Of a stretch of 64,000 bases of DNA, positions 1 to 12,002 are shown in pieces (positions within the stretch are counted from its first letter, which is position 1; every line of letters starts with the position of its first letter). Source of the stretch: Camelus dromedarius (taxonomy: Eukaryota); the NCBI RefSeq assembly GCF_036321535.1, contig NC_087436.1, forward strand, positions 30,630,001 to 30,694,000, read 5' to 3'. The notes under the pieces were generated by a model. That model was not told where the DNA came from, made no database searches, and was given only the letters and a program-made list of their open reading frames with translations. Position numbers and translations under genes: made by a program.

Positions 1-59
1 GAATTAAATGCTTTTACGGCATAAAAGACTATAATATTTTATACTTTCCTTTAAAAATA

Positions 60-215
60 TTTGTACTATTATGCACATACAAATAATTTCAGCTGTGTAT
101 ATGTAAATTATACAAAATAATAGCAAATTAAACAACCATAAACCCACCATCCAAATTAAGAATTAAACATTATCAACAGTGTTGAAGCTGTCCGTATGCA
201 CCTGCCCAAACCTAT
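60..215 (-). mobile_element. Old L1 (L1ME-like) 3' end fragment
   Basis: aaccataaacccaccatccaaattaagaattaaacattatcaac resembles the antisense 3' terminus of L1ME-type elements; heavily diverged. Confidence 0.45.
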
Positions 216-429
216 TCAAATTTAAAATTTAACTCTGAAAATGTAGCCTTTTTTCCCCGCAGATGCCTTTAGATTAACTGTCCTCCATGTAATATTTTGT
301 CATTTGCTTACTTAGCATTTTTGTGATTCTCTGTTGCTCCTGATCTATCTGGCATACATGAGGTTGAAAATGCCATGTGTATTCATACAGTGCGTTTTTC
401 CTTTATGTTTTATTATGTTGGAGAAAAAA

Positions 430-625
430 ATCCTTCCATTAATTTAAAAAAGATTCATTGGATACCTACTGTGTGTCAGTTTCATTAGCAAGTAGAACAG
501 ATTTAATGGAAAACAAGATGAAATCACTGCTCGCCCACTGTTCAAGTTTTATAAGAAACTCAGGAAAACAACCAAGCAATTAAAATCCAGTTAGATAAGT
601 GCCATAGTTAAACTAATGCAAAGTT
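430..625 (-). mobile_element. L2 LINE 3' end fragment
   Basis: ttcattggatacctactgtgtgtcag...aagatgaaatcactgctc...aagcaattaaaatccagttagataagtgccatag matches the antisense L2 3' end pattern. Confidence 0.6.
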
Positions 626-1599
626 CTCTTTCTCAACCTGTCTGATTTTCAAGAACCAGAGGGTACTGCAGACACTCATAGAGGATCTGGCCAGCACAGA
701 CTCTTAATTAAATAATGGATTGGCTAAGGACACTGTTACCAGGACAGTAATATGATTGAACCTAGGGCTTTAAAACAAATATCCTGTGAAGAATTCATTT
801 TTATCACAGTTCACTTAAATAAAGCATTAGATGTCCTATAATACACAATACTGTTCTTCTAGTAACATTGGCAGATATTATCGGCCATTAGAGTCATAAA
901 AAAGAAATACCTAGAAGGGCTATAGATGAAAATAGTATTAGCTTGCTTTCCTAAGAAAATAATTCTAAAGATTGAGATGATAAAGTTTGCTTGCAAATGT
1001 CCAAGACAAAAATGAGAGCTATTTGTTTTCCATTGTCAGTTTCCTAAGAATTTTAAATATAATAAAATTAAAACTATAAGCTCATTTACATAATCAAAAA
1101 TATTTTCAAAAGCAAAATGTTTTTCATATATGAACATTAATTTAAATAACTTACTCTCACTGGTATTGTTTAGAAATACAAAACTATATTTTAAAATATC
1201 TGATTTAACTGGGTACCACAAATCATACAATGTGGCGAGAAAAGTAAGTTTCTGCAATTTTAGTAGAAAAACATGTAAAACTGGGTTAAATTTGAAAACA
1301 ACCACAAATGGCTTTTTCAGCTTTGTACACATTATAGCCAAAAATTATATACAGAAATCTTTTGCTATCTCATCATTTTAGGAAGAAAAATGAAAAGTCA
1401 TTCAAAAATTATTTTTATATAGCTTTTCATGAAAAAACTCTCATCCTAGTTTATTGGAAGGGCATGGAAAGTATCTTGTACCTTGTATTTGAATAAGGTC
1501 AGTCCTATCAGAAATACCTTCCCACGACTTCCTGGTGAGACCTGGTTAGATACTAAGAAAAATTTCACCTTTCTTTACATCCAGATGATTCCTTTATTT

Positions 1600-2170
1600 A
1601 AATATCTCTAAACAATATCACTCTTAATTGTTCTTAATTTTCAGCAATCCTTAATTTAGAGCATATAAATATCAAGTGGTTTTTCTAATGGCATTGCCAT
1701 CAGATCTGGATCTCGTACAATATTATCTTCATGAAATCCATCATCTAAATGATATTTGGATTGGATCACCCTCATTAGAGCATTCAGTATTATTTTTCAT
1801 CATTTAAGCAATGAAATTAAATTTTATCTTACACAAATAGAGCTGCTGTATTCCATGCCTCAATATTTTCTCTTTAGTTTACATGCAATCTTTACAAAAC
1901 ATTATATACTTTGTCTTTTTCATTTATATTCATTTTTATTATTGCTGTTCATCTTTATTCCTTTTAGAAGCACAACTCTTTTAATTTACAATACTCACGT
2001 GGAATTCAGTTTCTCCTTCTACAGTATTTTTAGTTCTTCCTTATTACTTGTCACCTGTTTCATCCCCCTAAACCTCAATGGAACATATAAAAGCATGTCA
2101 TTTTTAAAGGCTACATCAAGCATAAGCAAGGCATTTATATTTGAATTGTTTAGTGCTTGAAATATTTTTC
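1600..2170 (+). mobile_element. Degenerate L2 fragment
   Basis: Pyrimidine-rich tract with L2-like motifs (catgcaatctttacaaaacat; aaggcatttatatttgaattgtttagtgcttgaaatat). ORF 1756..2160 overlaps it and has no protein-like composition. Confidence 0.35.
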
Positions 2171-3599
2171 AAGAAAGATAATAGCAGATATTGCTCCTTC
2201 CAGACAATTGGTAATCTCTGTTTGAAGGATAAGTCTACACCAAGGTGCATATTGCCACTTCGCTGATCGTGGTATTTGGACAGATTACTGAAAGGCACCA
2301 AACAGCCTATGTACTCAGACATCATAGGGAGAGAAATTGAGAGCATGCTACTCTCTGTGTGGAGACATGATTGTTAGTCCCTGTGTTTACAAATACATAA
2401 TTTAGTATGAAAAACTTGGTTACTGAAATAAAAGCAACTTTGAGTATTATCAAGTCCCTCATTCTCCTTTTACTCAAACAGGATTGGCATTGCACAAGGT
2501 TAAATTATGTACCTAATCACATCGTGAATTTTGTTTTACTGTGAATTAAATTGCAAGTGCCTCACCTTGAAATATTAGAATTGTTTTCCTTTAAGTCCTA
2601 AAGGTTTTTCAGTCTTCAGTAGTTCCTTATTAAAATGCAAATACTCTAGGATTGGAAAGCCCTTAACGCAAAAGTATTTAACACTTTAGTAAGCAGGAGA
2701 GCGTGATGACCTCTAACTGGGTGTAAGTAGTCACTGATGTCAGGGATATTGAAGGCAGTGATGGAGAAGTAGGGAGTGGGCTGGGGAAGCCAGGGCAGCT
2801 GCCTGGAATTGTCAATACTGCCTCACTACAGCTTGAATATCTTATGTTCTTGATGTATTTAATCATTTCTGTTTAACCTATCTTTTCTTTAATATACGAG
2901 GGTGGAGTTTTTCCTCTAATTTTCCACAGGGTTATAGAGGGAGCAAAATCAAACCAACAAGATTGGGCTAACCATGTCAGTGTGAGCTGGAAGTGATATG
3001 CCTCCTCCTTAAATAGGCTCCAGACCAACTGTTCTGGTCAGAGTCCACAGATAAACAGGGTCTTCCTTTGTCTTCAGAGAACTTCCTTCAGTGATACATG
3101 GATTTGCTAAAAATACAGAATTAAGAAATGCTAAATGCTTCTTCAAATATTTGTACACATATAGTTTCTATTTCATAGTATCACATTTTGGCCAATGTAC
3201 CTGTAGAAAACTAAATTTATGTTAAGTTTATTATCAAGGTTCTAGGAGTTTATGAACCAAAACTATAAAATAGTTGTTGGCAAATATTTCTTATTCATCA
3301 TAATATGGCAGCATCTGGCACCACACAGGTATTACTTTGTTATAGTAGAAAACATGAATTTATGAAAAGCATGTTTAAAACTATAATTAGCTGTTTATGT
3401 CTATGATATACACTTTGTGAAGATCTCTTTAAATAAATGAATGAATAAGCTAATGAATCCTGAATTATGTGGAGAACTGAAATATATCTGTATCTGTTAA
3501 GAGTCTTCAATGTAGAAGTAATAGGAAACAAACTCAAATAGTCAAACATAAATGTGTATTTCCTGGTTCTCTTAACTTTCAGATGAAGAGGCAGAAAAG

Positions 3600-4090
3600 T
3601 TTCCAGTTTTCCTGAAATAAAGAGATTGACTTATTTTTAATGAAGTAGAAATCTACCTATTTTAGCAAGGACTTTCTTTCCCCTGCTCTCTGCATTCTCC
3701 GCTGTTGGCTTTCCACTAATCCCAGACATTCATCTGGGCAGCTACAGGAGTTCTCAGCTTCCTATCGGCATACCACACAAGAAAATGTTAGCTTCCTGTA
3801 GCTCTTCCAGGAGAGGGAAGAAATTTTATCTTCATTGTCTCTCCAGAAAACTTCCCCTCATATCTTATTGATTCAAATGGACTCAAATGCTCCTTGTTGA
3901 CAGTATTATTTTATCCTGAAACATGCAATGTGCTGATTGGCATAGGCAGGGATAACCCAAGCTGATCGCTGCAGCAAGAGGGAGGAGGTGGGGTTTCTCC
4001 TGCTGGAAGGGGGAAATGAGCATCTGTTTGAGTCATACAAACAGTATGGCTAATGAGCATGGTGAAAGGAATGTTGGGAAGACAAGAAGA
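3600..4090 (-). mobile_element. Old MaLR LTR (MLT1J/K/L-like)
   Basis: ccagaaaacttcccctcatatcttattg and tgcaatgtgctgattggc are typical of antisense old MLT1 LTRs. Confidence 0.5.
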
Positions 4091-4160
4091 TTATTACATA
4101 CAACCTATTCCAAATATGGTTTAAGGTTCCTCATTATTTTTGTTAAAATGCTATTACATT

Positions 4161-4185
4161 ACACACACACACACACACACACACA
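4161..4185. repeat. (CA)n microsatellite
   Basis: Direct inspection. Confidence 0.95.
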
Positions 4186-4989
4186 GATATATACAAAAGC
4201 AACACAAAAGACTACGATGTATGTTTATATGTTTGCTCAAAAATCATATGCATTAAAGCCATGCTCCTTCTCTATCTTATTTAAACATCTATCAGTCATG
4301 GTCTGTCTCATTGTGATACTGATTATGCGTCTCTCAAAAAGTAAACATATAACTTACAACATTAGAAACATCAACACAATCAAGCAATATTATTTGGATA
4401 TATTACACTTGATAATATGCATATTGGATGTAGGGGAAAACAAACAAATGTTAAGGTGCTCAAACTGACAATTTCTTTAAGTATTCTATAAAAATATTTG
4501 TAAAATAGTACATAAAGCAACTTTTAAAGATCCATTAAAATTAGATTTTATTGATGAAAAGGATTCAGAATCTTGTACTGACAATTTAAAATCCACTGAC
4601 TGGAACCACTGAAGATTACTAGGAGGATGTATTCTCTGTTGGCATCAAGGGAATATAACCAAGTGGGCTGAATTAATACTATTTTGTAAAATATTTGTTG
4701 GAAATAAACAACACATTTTCCTTTAAAATCAATTTTAAAAATCATGGTTAAGTAACTGTCAACCCACAGAAATGTTTGTAGTAAATTAAGAAATATTAAT
4801 TAGTATTATAAAAACTTTCATTCTATAGTACTTAACAGTTCACAATTTTTTTTCAAATAGATTACGCAATTGTTATGTAAATGGATGATGGCAGCACTAG
4901 ATCAATTTTACTCAAAAATAATTAAAACGTTATATCTATAAACGGGTACATTATAAATTCCCACTTGCAATACAGAGAGTGAACTTCCA

Positions 4990-5377
4990 TTCTCTAAGAC
5001 ATTACTGGGGTATTAGAATCCATTTTTATCATATTGTGCCCTCCTATTCCACTACTCAACTCATCACCACTATCCTTCTCACCTAGGTTTAGATTCACTT
5101 TTTCTTTCAACAGCCATCAGCTTAAAGCTCTTTTCTGAGGACTACTTTTGAGGCACCAGAATAACTTTACACACATAATAAAGAACCCAAATTGTCTGGT
5201 AGTTTTTGTCCCCCTGAGAAGGCAATACATTTTGGAGTATGAGAGTCCAGCATCCTTGACTCAGTGTGGAGAAACTCTGAGTTATACTTACACACCAGAG
5301 TCTGGGAGCATTTCTTAATATATCATTTGCAAATGAATATTTGTCTTGAGTCAGTTTCTGGGAAACTTAACATGTAT
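4990..5377 (+). mobile_element. 5' LTR of ERV-L-class provirus (LTR16-like)
   Basis: Its 3' end (tcatttgcaaatgaatatttgtcttgagtcagtttctgggaaac) parallels the 3' LTR end (tcacttacacaggaatctttgtctcaggatatacttctgggaaac). It is followed by a degenerate PBS/leader (taccagtcatggtcctagaaagcagatcct). Start is approximate. Confidence 0.65.
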
Positions 5378-7701
5378 AAATACCAGTCATGGTCCTAGAA
5401 AGCAGATCCTAATGATGAGATCTGAAGTGGGATCACTCTCAGGTTAGATGGCAACAGAGACAATGCTGGTAAGAATTTCACTTGTGGTAAAGTTGGATAG
5501 GATAGAGGTAGAATTGGATGCTCTGACCTTTATGATATATCCAGTATTTGCGATTATATGTAGGTGAATAGCAATAATTATAAAAACTAAGAAATAGATA
5601 TTTGCTTAATTCTAGTGATGCATTAAAGAAAGGAGATGGCAACCTCAGGTCATTCAATTAGCAATTTAAAGCATGGTATAAAAGTTAGAACACCTTCATA
5701 GAAAGAGATCCTCATCTCATATAGCCTAAGGGAAGATTATTCTGTAGATGAGCCAAGGACTAACAGTAAGGTAGAAGAAACTCAGAAAGGATTGACTTTG
5801 CTGCCCAAACCTCCTGACACTTGGGATGGGGGTGTTTGGCGGGAGTTCTTAAGAATATTGGATCCCTAAAACTTTCTCAATATTCTGAGCCTACAGAATT
5901 GGCCTGTTTCTCCCTTTCTAGAAGGTAACAATGCCCTCCTCTATAAGTCCCAGCATGGCTCAATTGAAGGGAAGTTGCTCCTGTTATGAGCCAAAAAATA
6001 TCAATCACCAAAGAAGCCGCAGGACAAAGCTATTATGTCTCAGTTGGAACTGAGGAATGATGCCTGGGATAGATCTTGAGAGACCCAGTCCAGTAGGAGC
6101 AGAACTTGAAGCTAAACAGTGGAGGATTTGGGGGGGGGTTTGATATGGGAAGATTTTCCCAGGATTTCGGATTTAACAGCCAGGCAAAGGCACCTGGATC
6201 AGTTTCTAATATGCTCCAATAATGGCTCTGTGAATTAAAAAATTATGGTTCATATTAAATAAAATAAAGATGTCAGATTCCTTTTGGCAGAATGTTGAGA
6301 AAAGATTCCCAAGACACACAGAAGTGAGCTTGACAGAGTAAATCTATTATATAAGATTCCAATCCACTATTCCCTCCTCTGATGATTATGATCCTTGAGA
6401 GAGCCAGAGGACACTTTTCAACAATGATAAGGAATACAATCTAGAAGCCTAGTAGTAGCTGTTATTTTTCAGTCTGGTGCTGACCGTAAGAGATGCAGTT
6501 ATACAACTGGGCTCCTTAGTGTCAAAACACATGATAGGATGCCAAACATGCAGAAACCAGGAAGTAGTATTTAAAGTCAAAAATAAGACAGACTTAATTA
6601 CTAAGACCTGCAACCAGTCCGAAGTGGCTGGTAAAAAACCTTCTACAAGGATCTCAGCAGTGCTTAAGGGATCAGGGTTTTCCTAAGGAAATTTAAGAAT
6701 GATTTTGCTGACACTGCCCTGCGCACATCAATGTCTGTGAGCCCACAGACTGTCTGATTTACCAACAAGAGATCCTATATAAAGCTTTGTTTGGATAAGA
6801 GGGATCAATTTAAGACAATGGGCACATTACTATGGGATCCCCTGGTACTACCATAAACATTATCACTAGGAGATGCAATTTCTTAAGAGTGCTGAAACGG
6901 GCTGCTGAAAGTGTAGCTAAGGCAGCTTGGAGACAATTCTGTATGTGAATGAGATTCTGTCCTTCAAGATGTGGCATGTACCCTGAACCAACCACCATAG
7001 GGCCTGTGTCAATGATAGGTGGACCATATGAGCCTGGGAACCAAGGAATATAAGAAAGAGTGGTCCTACTCATCATCACTTTGAGTGACCTATGTGAGGA
7101 ATTTTTGCTACTGATTTTCACATCTATGGTCCTTTAGGTCTAGAGATCTTGGTTCCCACAGGGAGATGCTATAAAAGTCCCAGTAACCCAAAAGCTACAG
7201 CTACCACCTTATCATGTTGTGTCCCAAACTTGCAGAAATCAGTAAGCAAAGAAAGAAATTACCATCCTGGCAGCAATAACTGACGCTGATCCTTATGAGG
7301 ACATAAGTTTGATGCTACATATTGGGAGAAGACCGAGATATCTATGTAATTCAGAGACCTCTATCAATATTGGCATGCCCAGTTTTAGCTATTAATGAGC
7401 AATTACAACAACCACAGCCTGACTTAAAAAAAGATAGTCAGGAGCTCAGATCCTTAGAACTATGAAGGTCTAGATCATGCCACCAGACAAGCCATCTAGA
7501 CCTGTAGAAGGAATAGCTTAGGGAAAGGGTGATCTAGACTAGGTTGTAGTGAAAAGAGATGCTGAACATGTCATGCTAAGGACCATTTGTGGGAATCATT
7601 CTTTTGTATTCTTCCCCAGAAAATCACCATTCTGAATACCCTTTGTTCACTAATCCTTGAACAAATCAACATTACTGAGTCTGAGCAATGAAAGGGGATA
7701 C
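5378..7701 (+). mobile_element. ERV-L-class internal region (ERV3-16A3/HERV16-like), deleted and decayed
   Basis: Gag-like remnant (DMGRFSQDFGFN at about 6142 vs recalled ERVL DMGPLSRDSAFN), integrase C-terminal remnant at about 7035-7110, dUTPase remnant, and a polypurine tract gaaagggg immediately before the TG of the 3' LTR. Confidence 0.8.
7137..7420 (+). pseudogene. Retroviral dUTPase pseudogene (ERV-L type, downstream of integrase)
   Basis: Hand translation gives GLEILVPTG / GDAIKVPVTQKLQLPPYHVVSQTCRNQ*AKKEITILAAITDADPYEDISLMLHIG. This aligns by eye with recalled ERVL GLEVLVP..GDTT.IPLNWKLRLPPGHFG......QQAKKGVTVLAGVIDPDYQ.EISLLLHNG. It contains a stop and a frameshift. Confidence 0.85.
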
Positions 7702-8607
7702 TGTAGCAGACAATGTTGATGCTCGGTCCATTTTCTGGCAAATAGCTTTTACCTCTCTGTGTCCCCTGTCCCCTCTGATAACCCCCGCTGTATCCTCTGT
7801 ATCTCATGTGTACTTTCACTTAGAAGAACCAGCACCTGAGGACCCACTTTGCCAGTATTAGGAGACAGCAACAAGGACCTGGTCCCCCTGAGCCAATACT
7901 TAACCAGTACAGAACACTGAAAGCCTGTTCCCTTGCATCAGGATAGGACAACTCTGATCTTACTCCAAGGTTTCTCTTCAGCTTTGTGCTCTTTGCTTGT
8001 GATTTTACCTGTGGTAGATTGCTGCAATAATGATTTACAGTGACTTACTTCTCCCTGTATTCATGCCCTTGGATAATCCTTACATACATTGACTCTGGTT
8101 TGGCTATGTAACTTGCTTTGACCAATGGTACATTAGCAGATATGGAAGTACTTGTGCTCTGAAGCTGTACTCACTTGTTCCTCATGAGGACCTTTCAAAC
8201 ACTGCCATGTAAATAAAGCTGGACTAGTCTGCTGGAGATACATGGCCAAAGCGCCTTACTCAAGAGTCAGGACCAATTGTCAGACATACGAGTAAGGCCA
8301 TCATAGTCCAGTCAGACCACAGCTAACCTGCTAGCTGATGGAGCCCAACAAAACAACCACTTGGCTGAATCCAGCACAAATTTCCAAGCCCCCAAATATG
8401 GGACAATGCATGATTTTTGTTTAAATTAGTGGAATCAGTATGGTTTGTTTCACAGCAAATGTTAACTAATACACTACTCTTGTTTCAACTGGCCTACTCT
8501 GTGTCCTATACTCCTTTATAGTTTTCACTAGAAGTACTTCCTCCATAAGTCACTTACACAGGAATCTTTGTCTCAGGATATACTTCTGGGAAACATGACC
8601 CAAGACA
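7702..8607 (+). mobile_element. 3' LTR of the ERV-L-class provirus (LTR16-like), interrupted by a MaLR LTR
   Basis: Starts TGTAGCAGAC right after the PPT and ends ...tctgggaaacatgacccaagaCA. Confidence 0.8.
8010..8473 (+). mobile_element. MaLR solo LTR (MLT1G/H-like) nested in the 3' LTR
   Basis: TGTGGTAG...gtaacttgctttgaccaatgg...gtttgtttcacagcaaatgttaactaataCA; degenerate 5-bp TSD ttacc/ctact. Confidence 0.8.
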
Positions 8608-8895
8608 ACAATAATTTGTTAACTCAATATTTTATAAAATAAGTTAGCATTAAACCTATACATTTACATTACAAAATGATCACATATTCCAGATATTCTG
8701 AATTTGCACAAGGAAGCTATTCAGAACAATGTTTGGGGTAGGGATCAGGTGGATTTTCCAGACTGAGATCCTCTTTCTCTTCTGTCAGATCTGACCATCT
8801 TTCCTTCTTTTATATCAACCTTATCCATGAGGAGAGTGTAAATTAGGGACTAGATCCTGTGTAGAGAACTTCCAGTAGATTAATAACTCTAGAAA

Positions 8896-9002
8896 TTTAT
8901 TTTTTTTATTGAGGTATAGTCAGTTTACAATGTTGTGTCAATTTCTGGTGTACAGCACAATTCTTCAGTCATACATGAATATACATATATTAATTTTCAT
9001 AT
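8896..9002 (-). mobile_element. Severely 5'-truncated lineage-specific L1 (about 107 bp)
   Basis: Poly(T) followed by ttattgaggtatagtcagtttacaatgttgtgtcaatttctgg. TSD tctagaaa at 8888-8895 and 9003-9010, the right copy followed by gtt|aa (L1 endonuclease-like site). Confidence 0.85.
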
Positions 9003-10797
9003 TCTAGAAAGTTAATACATTCTAAATATAGGAGAGTCTTTCTATTGCATTCTCAAGTGCTGTATTCTACAATAGAATAAGCAATCAAAACAACAGGTGG
9101 TGAGATATTTGCTGTCACTTGCATGACGCACAACAGCCAAGTGTATGTTCCTGCGATTTGTTGCTTGACAGAAGGAGTCTCAGATCTCAAGGCGGGGTGA
9201 AAGGGCACCCACTGAGGAGATACCAACTTTGCAGGCTGGGAGGGAGGTTTCAGTCATTTTACTGAGTTAAACACCACGGGGGAATCTCTCGCATTATGAC
9301 AGCAGTCCATCAACATTTTCGAAAAACCGTTCTGCATCAGCATTTTTAATATAACTTCATTTCGGGGATGGCAGAGGACAGTGTTATAAAGCTTTTTATA
9401 ATGGAGCATTATATCAAAAGTTAATTGGTATTTAAATTCTCATTCATCTGTATTGTCCCTAGGTGTACTTTTTCTAAAAAAGAAAAACCTATTTTTTTTT
9501 CAAAATTTATGTTAAAGCTTGATTGTTCATCTAATAAAATAAATGAAAATAACATTGTTTTTTTAATACATTATTGGCTTTTGTGTGATTATTATAAACT
9601 GCAACCTTCATGCAGTGACAGTGCATCACTATTTAAACATACATTCTAACCATGCAATGGACTATGTCTGGGAGATGATATATGTTTAAATTTATTGTTA
9701 ATAATCAAGCTCTACTTAAAATTATAAAATAAAAAATATGCTAAGTCTTTAGCAAGATGGCTACTTCTAACACTTATTATTAAGGAAGTAAAAGACTGAT
9801 AAATGGGGAGATTATATTTGAATTATCAAAATTACCAGTATGAAGAAAAAGGAAGGCTATAACTATATATAAAATAGAACATTAATTTAAGCTTTATCAA
9901 CCCTTTTGTGAAATAAATTATAATTTAGAATATTAAGTAAAAGTAGAGAATATATTAAAATGGATCTCTCTTGTATTTCAAATATGTAAATCACATGAAA
10001 TAATTTATGCTAGAAAAATACTGTGTTATCTCTGATAGGAGATTATCATGTTCAAATCTTTTGAGTGACTCTAAATATTCTGACTTTTCCATCTTAAATA
10101 CATTATATCTTAATGAAAGAAAAATCATATTTTAAAAAAGTATAAAATTTTGTCCAAATAAATAGTATAAAATTATTCTAAAAATAATTTATATTTGTCT
10201 GGATACTCTGATTGATACAGGTGGATTGAGTTCTTAGCTTCTTTTAGATTTGAGAGTTCTGGGAATTGGAGAGAGATTTCTTCAGGGACAAAAAAAATAC
10301 TGCCTCAGAAATTCTACAGATAATTCTGCTTGTTATTAGCCCTGTTTGCACCTAGCCCTGTAGAGTCAAACAATGACAATAAAACAGGTATGCAACCACC
10401 TGGAAGATTCTTGGAATCACTCCCTAGACTTTCCAGCCAATATTTTACTTGGAGTAGATTTTATTTCCAGAAAGGACCAAAGTGGACCTGGACTTAAGGT
10501 GGTTTTGAATACTGCAGGAGGGCCCTCAGAACTCCTAGCAATTGAGTTTTGAAATATTTTCCTAATCACAGAATATTTCATGTGATTAATTTTTATATCG
10601 GTTATCATATTATAGTGGGATTGAGATGTATAAAATTAGTATGCTAAAAATCTAAAGCAAATATTAAACTTAGACATGGAGATCTGGAAGAATATTTGAA
10701 CTAGAAAAACAATTTGGGGACATGTAAAATAGATAAGGTGATCTAATTAGTTTTGCAAGCAAAAATGGGGCATGTTTACTAGCTTTGTTTGACCGTG

Positions 10798-11235
10798 TGT
10801 TGAAAGAGAATTTTCTATGATCATTCATGATTTTCATGATCCAAGATTTCTAATCAAGAAAAATATTTGAATAGCAAAGGCGTGAGAAGCTAGAGGTTTA
10901 AAGATATCAATCCAGAGATATTTGCTTCCATTCTAGTAGAATAAATAAGGATAAAAATATTCCCCTCCCTCCCTGGAAAGGCTTTGTTTACCTTAGGAGG
11001 AATTAAGCCTTTCTCTGGAGATGTGGGGGAGAGAAGGGGTAGATGTGCCAGCAGCACCTATACAAGCTCATAATTTGGGGATTGATCCTGTAATATAAAC
11101 CAACTGCATATGCAAACGAAATATAATCCTCATTCATTTCACCTTGTGGGATTTGGAAATGAGGAACTGACATAAAATGCTACTCTATAAGTAACAAACT
11201 GTTTCTCTGATCCAGAATGCTCTCTGTCTCTCCCT
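10798..11235 (+). mobile_element. ERVL solo LTR fragment (LTR40-like)
   Basis: cctgtaatataaaccaactgcatatgca...ccttgtgggatttgg...gaggaactgac...aaatgct...agtaacaaactg...ctctgatccaga follows the recalled LTR40 motif order. Confidence 0.55.
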
Positions 11236-11258
11236 CCTCACCTCTCTCTATTATTTTC

Positions 11259-11310
11259 TATATATCTATACATACATATATATATAAAGAGATTTTATAT
11301 ATATATATAT
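11259..11310. repeat. (TA)n-rich simple repeat
   Basis: Direct inspection. Confidence 0.85.
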
Positions 11311-11679
11311 GATATTTTTGACATATGATTTTGATAATGATATTTTTAAATAATGTATTGCAAAAATATGGTTAGGATATTAAAATAAATATCTGTTATA
11401 CCAAACTGAGTATAACAAATATTTGCAAAACTGAGGGCAGAACATTTTTTAAACAAATATTTGCATCTACTGATTCTGAAAATTTAGCTAATGCTATAGA
11501 TCACAAGGAATCAAATAAGGTGTTCTCTTTTCCATTAAGTCATTTTCATTTTGAAAATAAATATAAAATTTTGGAAACTAATAATTTCAGAAAAGTAGAG
11601 AATATGCTAAATGTCATTAATAAGGCCATATGAGTGCCTTATGATATAGTGATGCAGGCTTCTAATCTGATTTCTCTTT

Positions 11680-11900
11680 GTTTCATCTGTCCTCTCTCCA
11701 GTTAAAGAGACTTTTTTTTTTTGGCTTTTTAGGGTTCATATGATTAGACTGTGCCCACCAGGATAATTCAGGATTATCTCCATATTTTAAGGTCTGTGAC
11801 CTTAATTGCATGTGCACAGTCCCTTTTACCATGTAACATAACATATTCTGGTTCCAAGGACGAGGGCATGGGCCTCTTTGGGGGCCATTCCGCCCATCAG
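11680..11900 (-). mobile_element. MaLR LTR 5' portion (MLT1D/E-like)
   Basis: gattagactgtgcccaccaggataattcaggattatctcc...ccttttaccatgtaacataacatatt...ggggccatt. Confidence 0.8.
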
Positions 11901-11914
11901 AGACCATATGCTGT

Positions 11915-12002
11915 GTGTAAGTTTGTCTTATTTGTAAAATGGGCATACCAACACCTAACTCAACAGGACATTTTGGAAGTTAATCAGATAATTGTAAAGC
12001 AA
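11915..12002 (+). mobile_element. MIR fragment
   Basis: agtttgtcttatttgtaaaatggg...acacctaactca matches the MIR core. Confidence 0.55.

Noticed and set aside
3007..3017. CArG/MEF2 site ccttaaatagg
   Set aside because: CC(W)7GG does not fit CC(W)6GG or the MEF2 consensus exactly; an isolated motif.
6810..7121. 103-aa minus-strand ORF as an ERV antisense gene
   Set aside because: Antisense to decayed integrase sequence, with no homology or other support.
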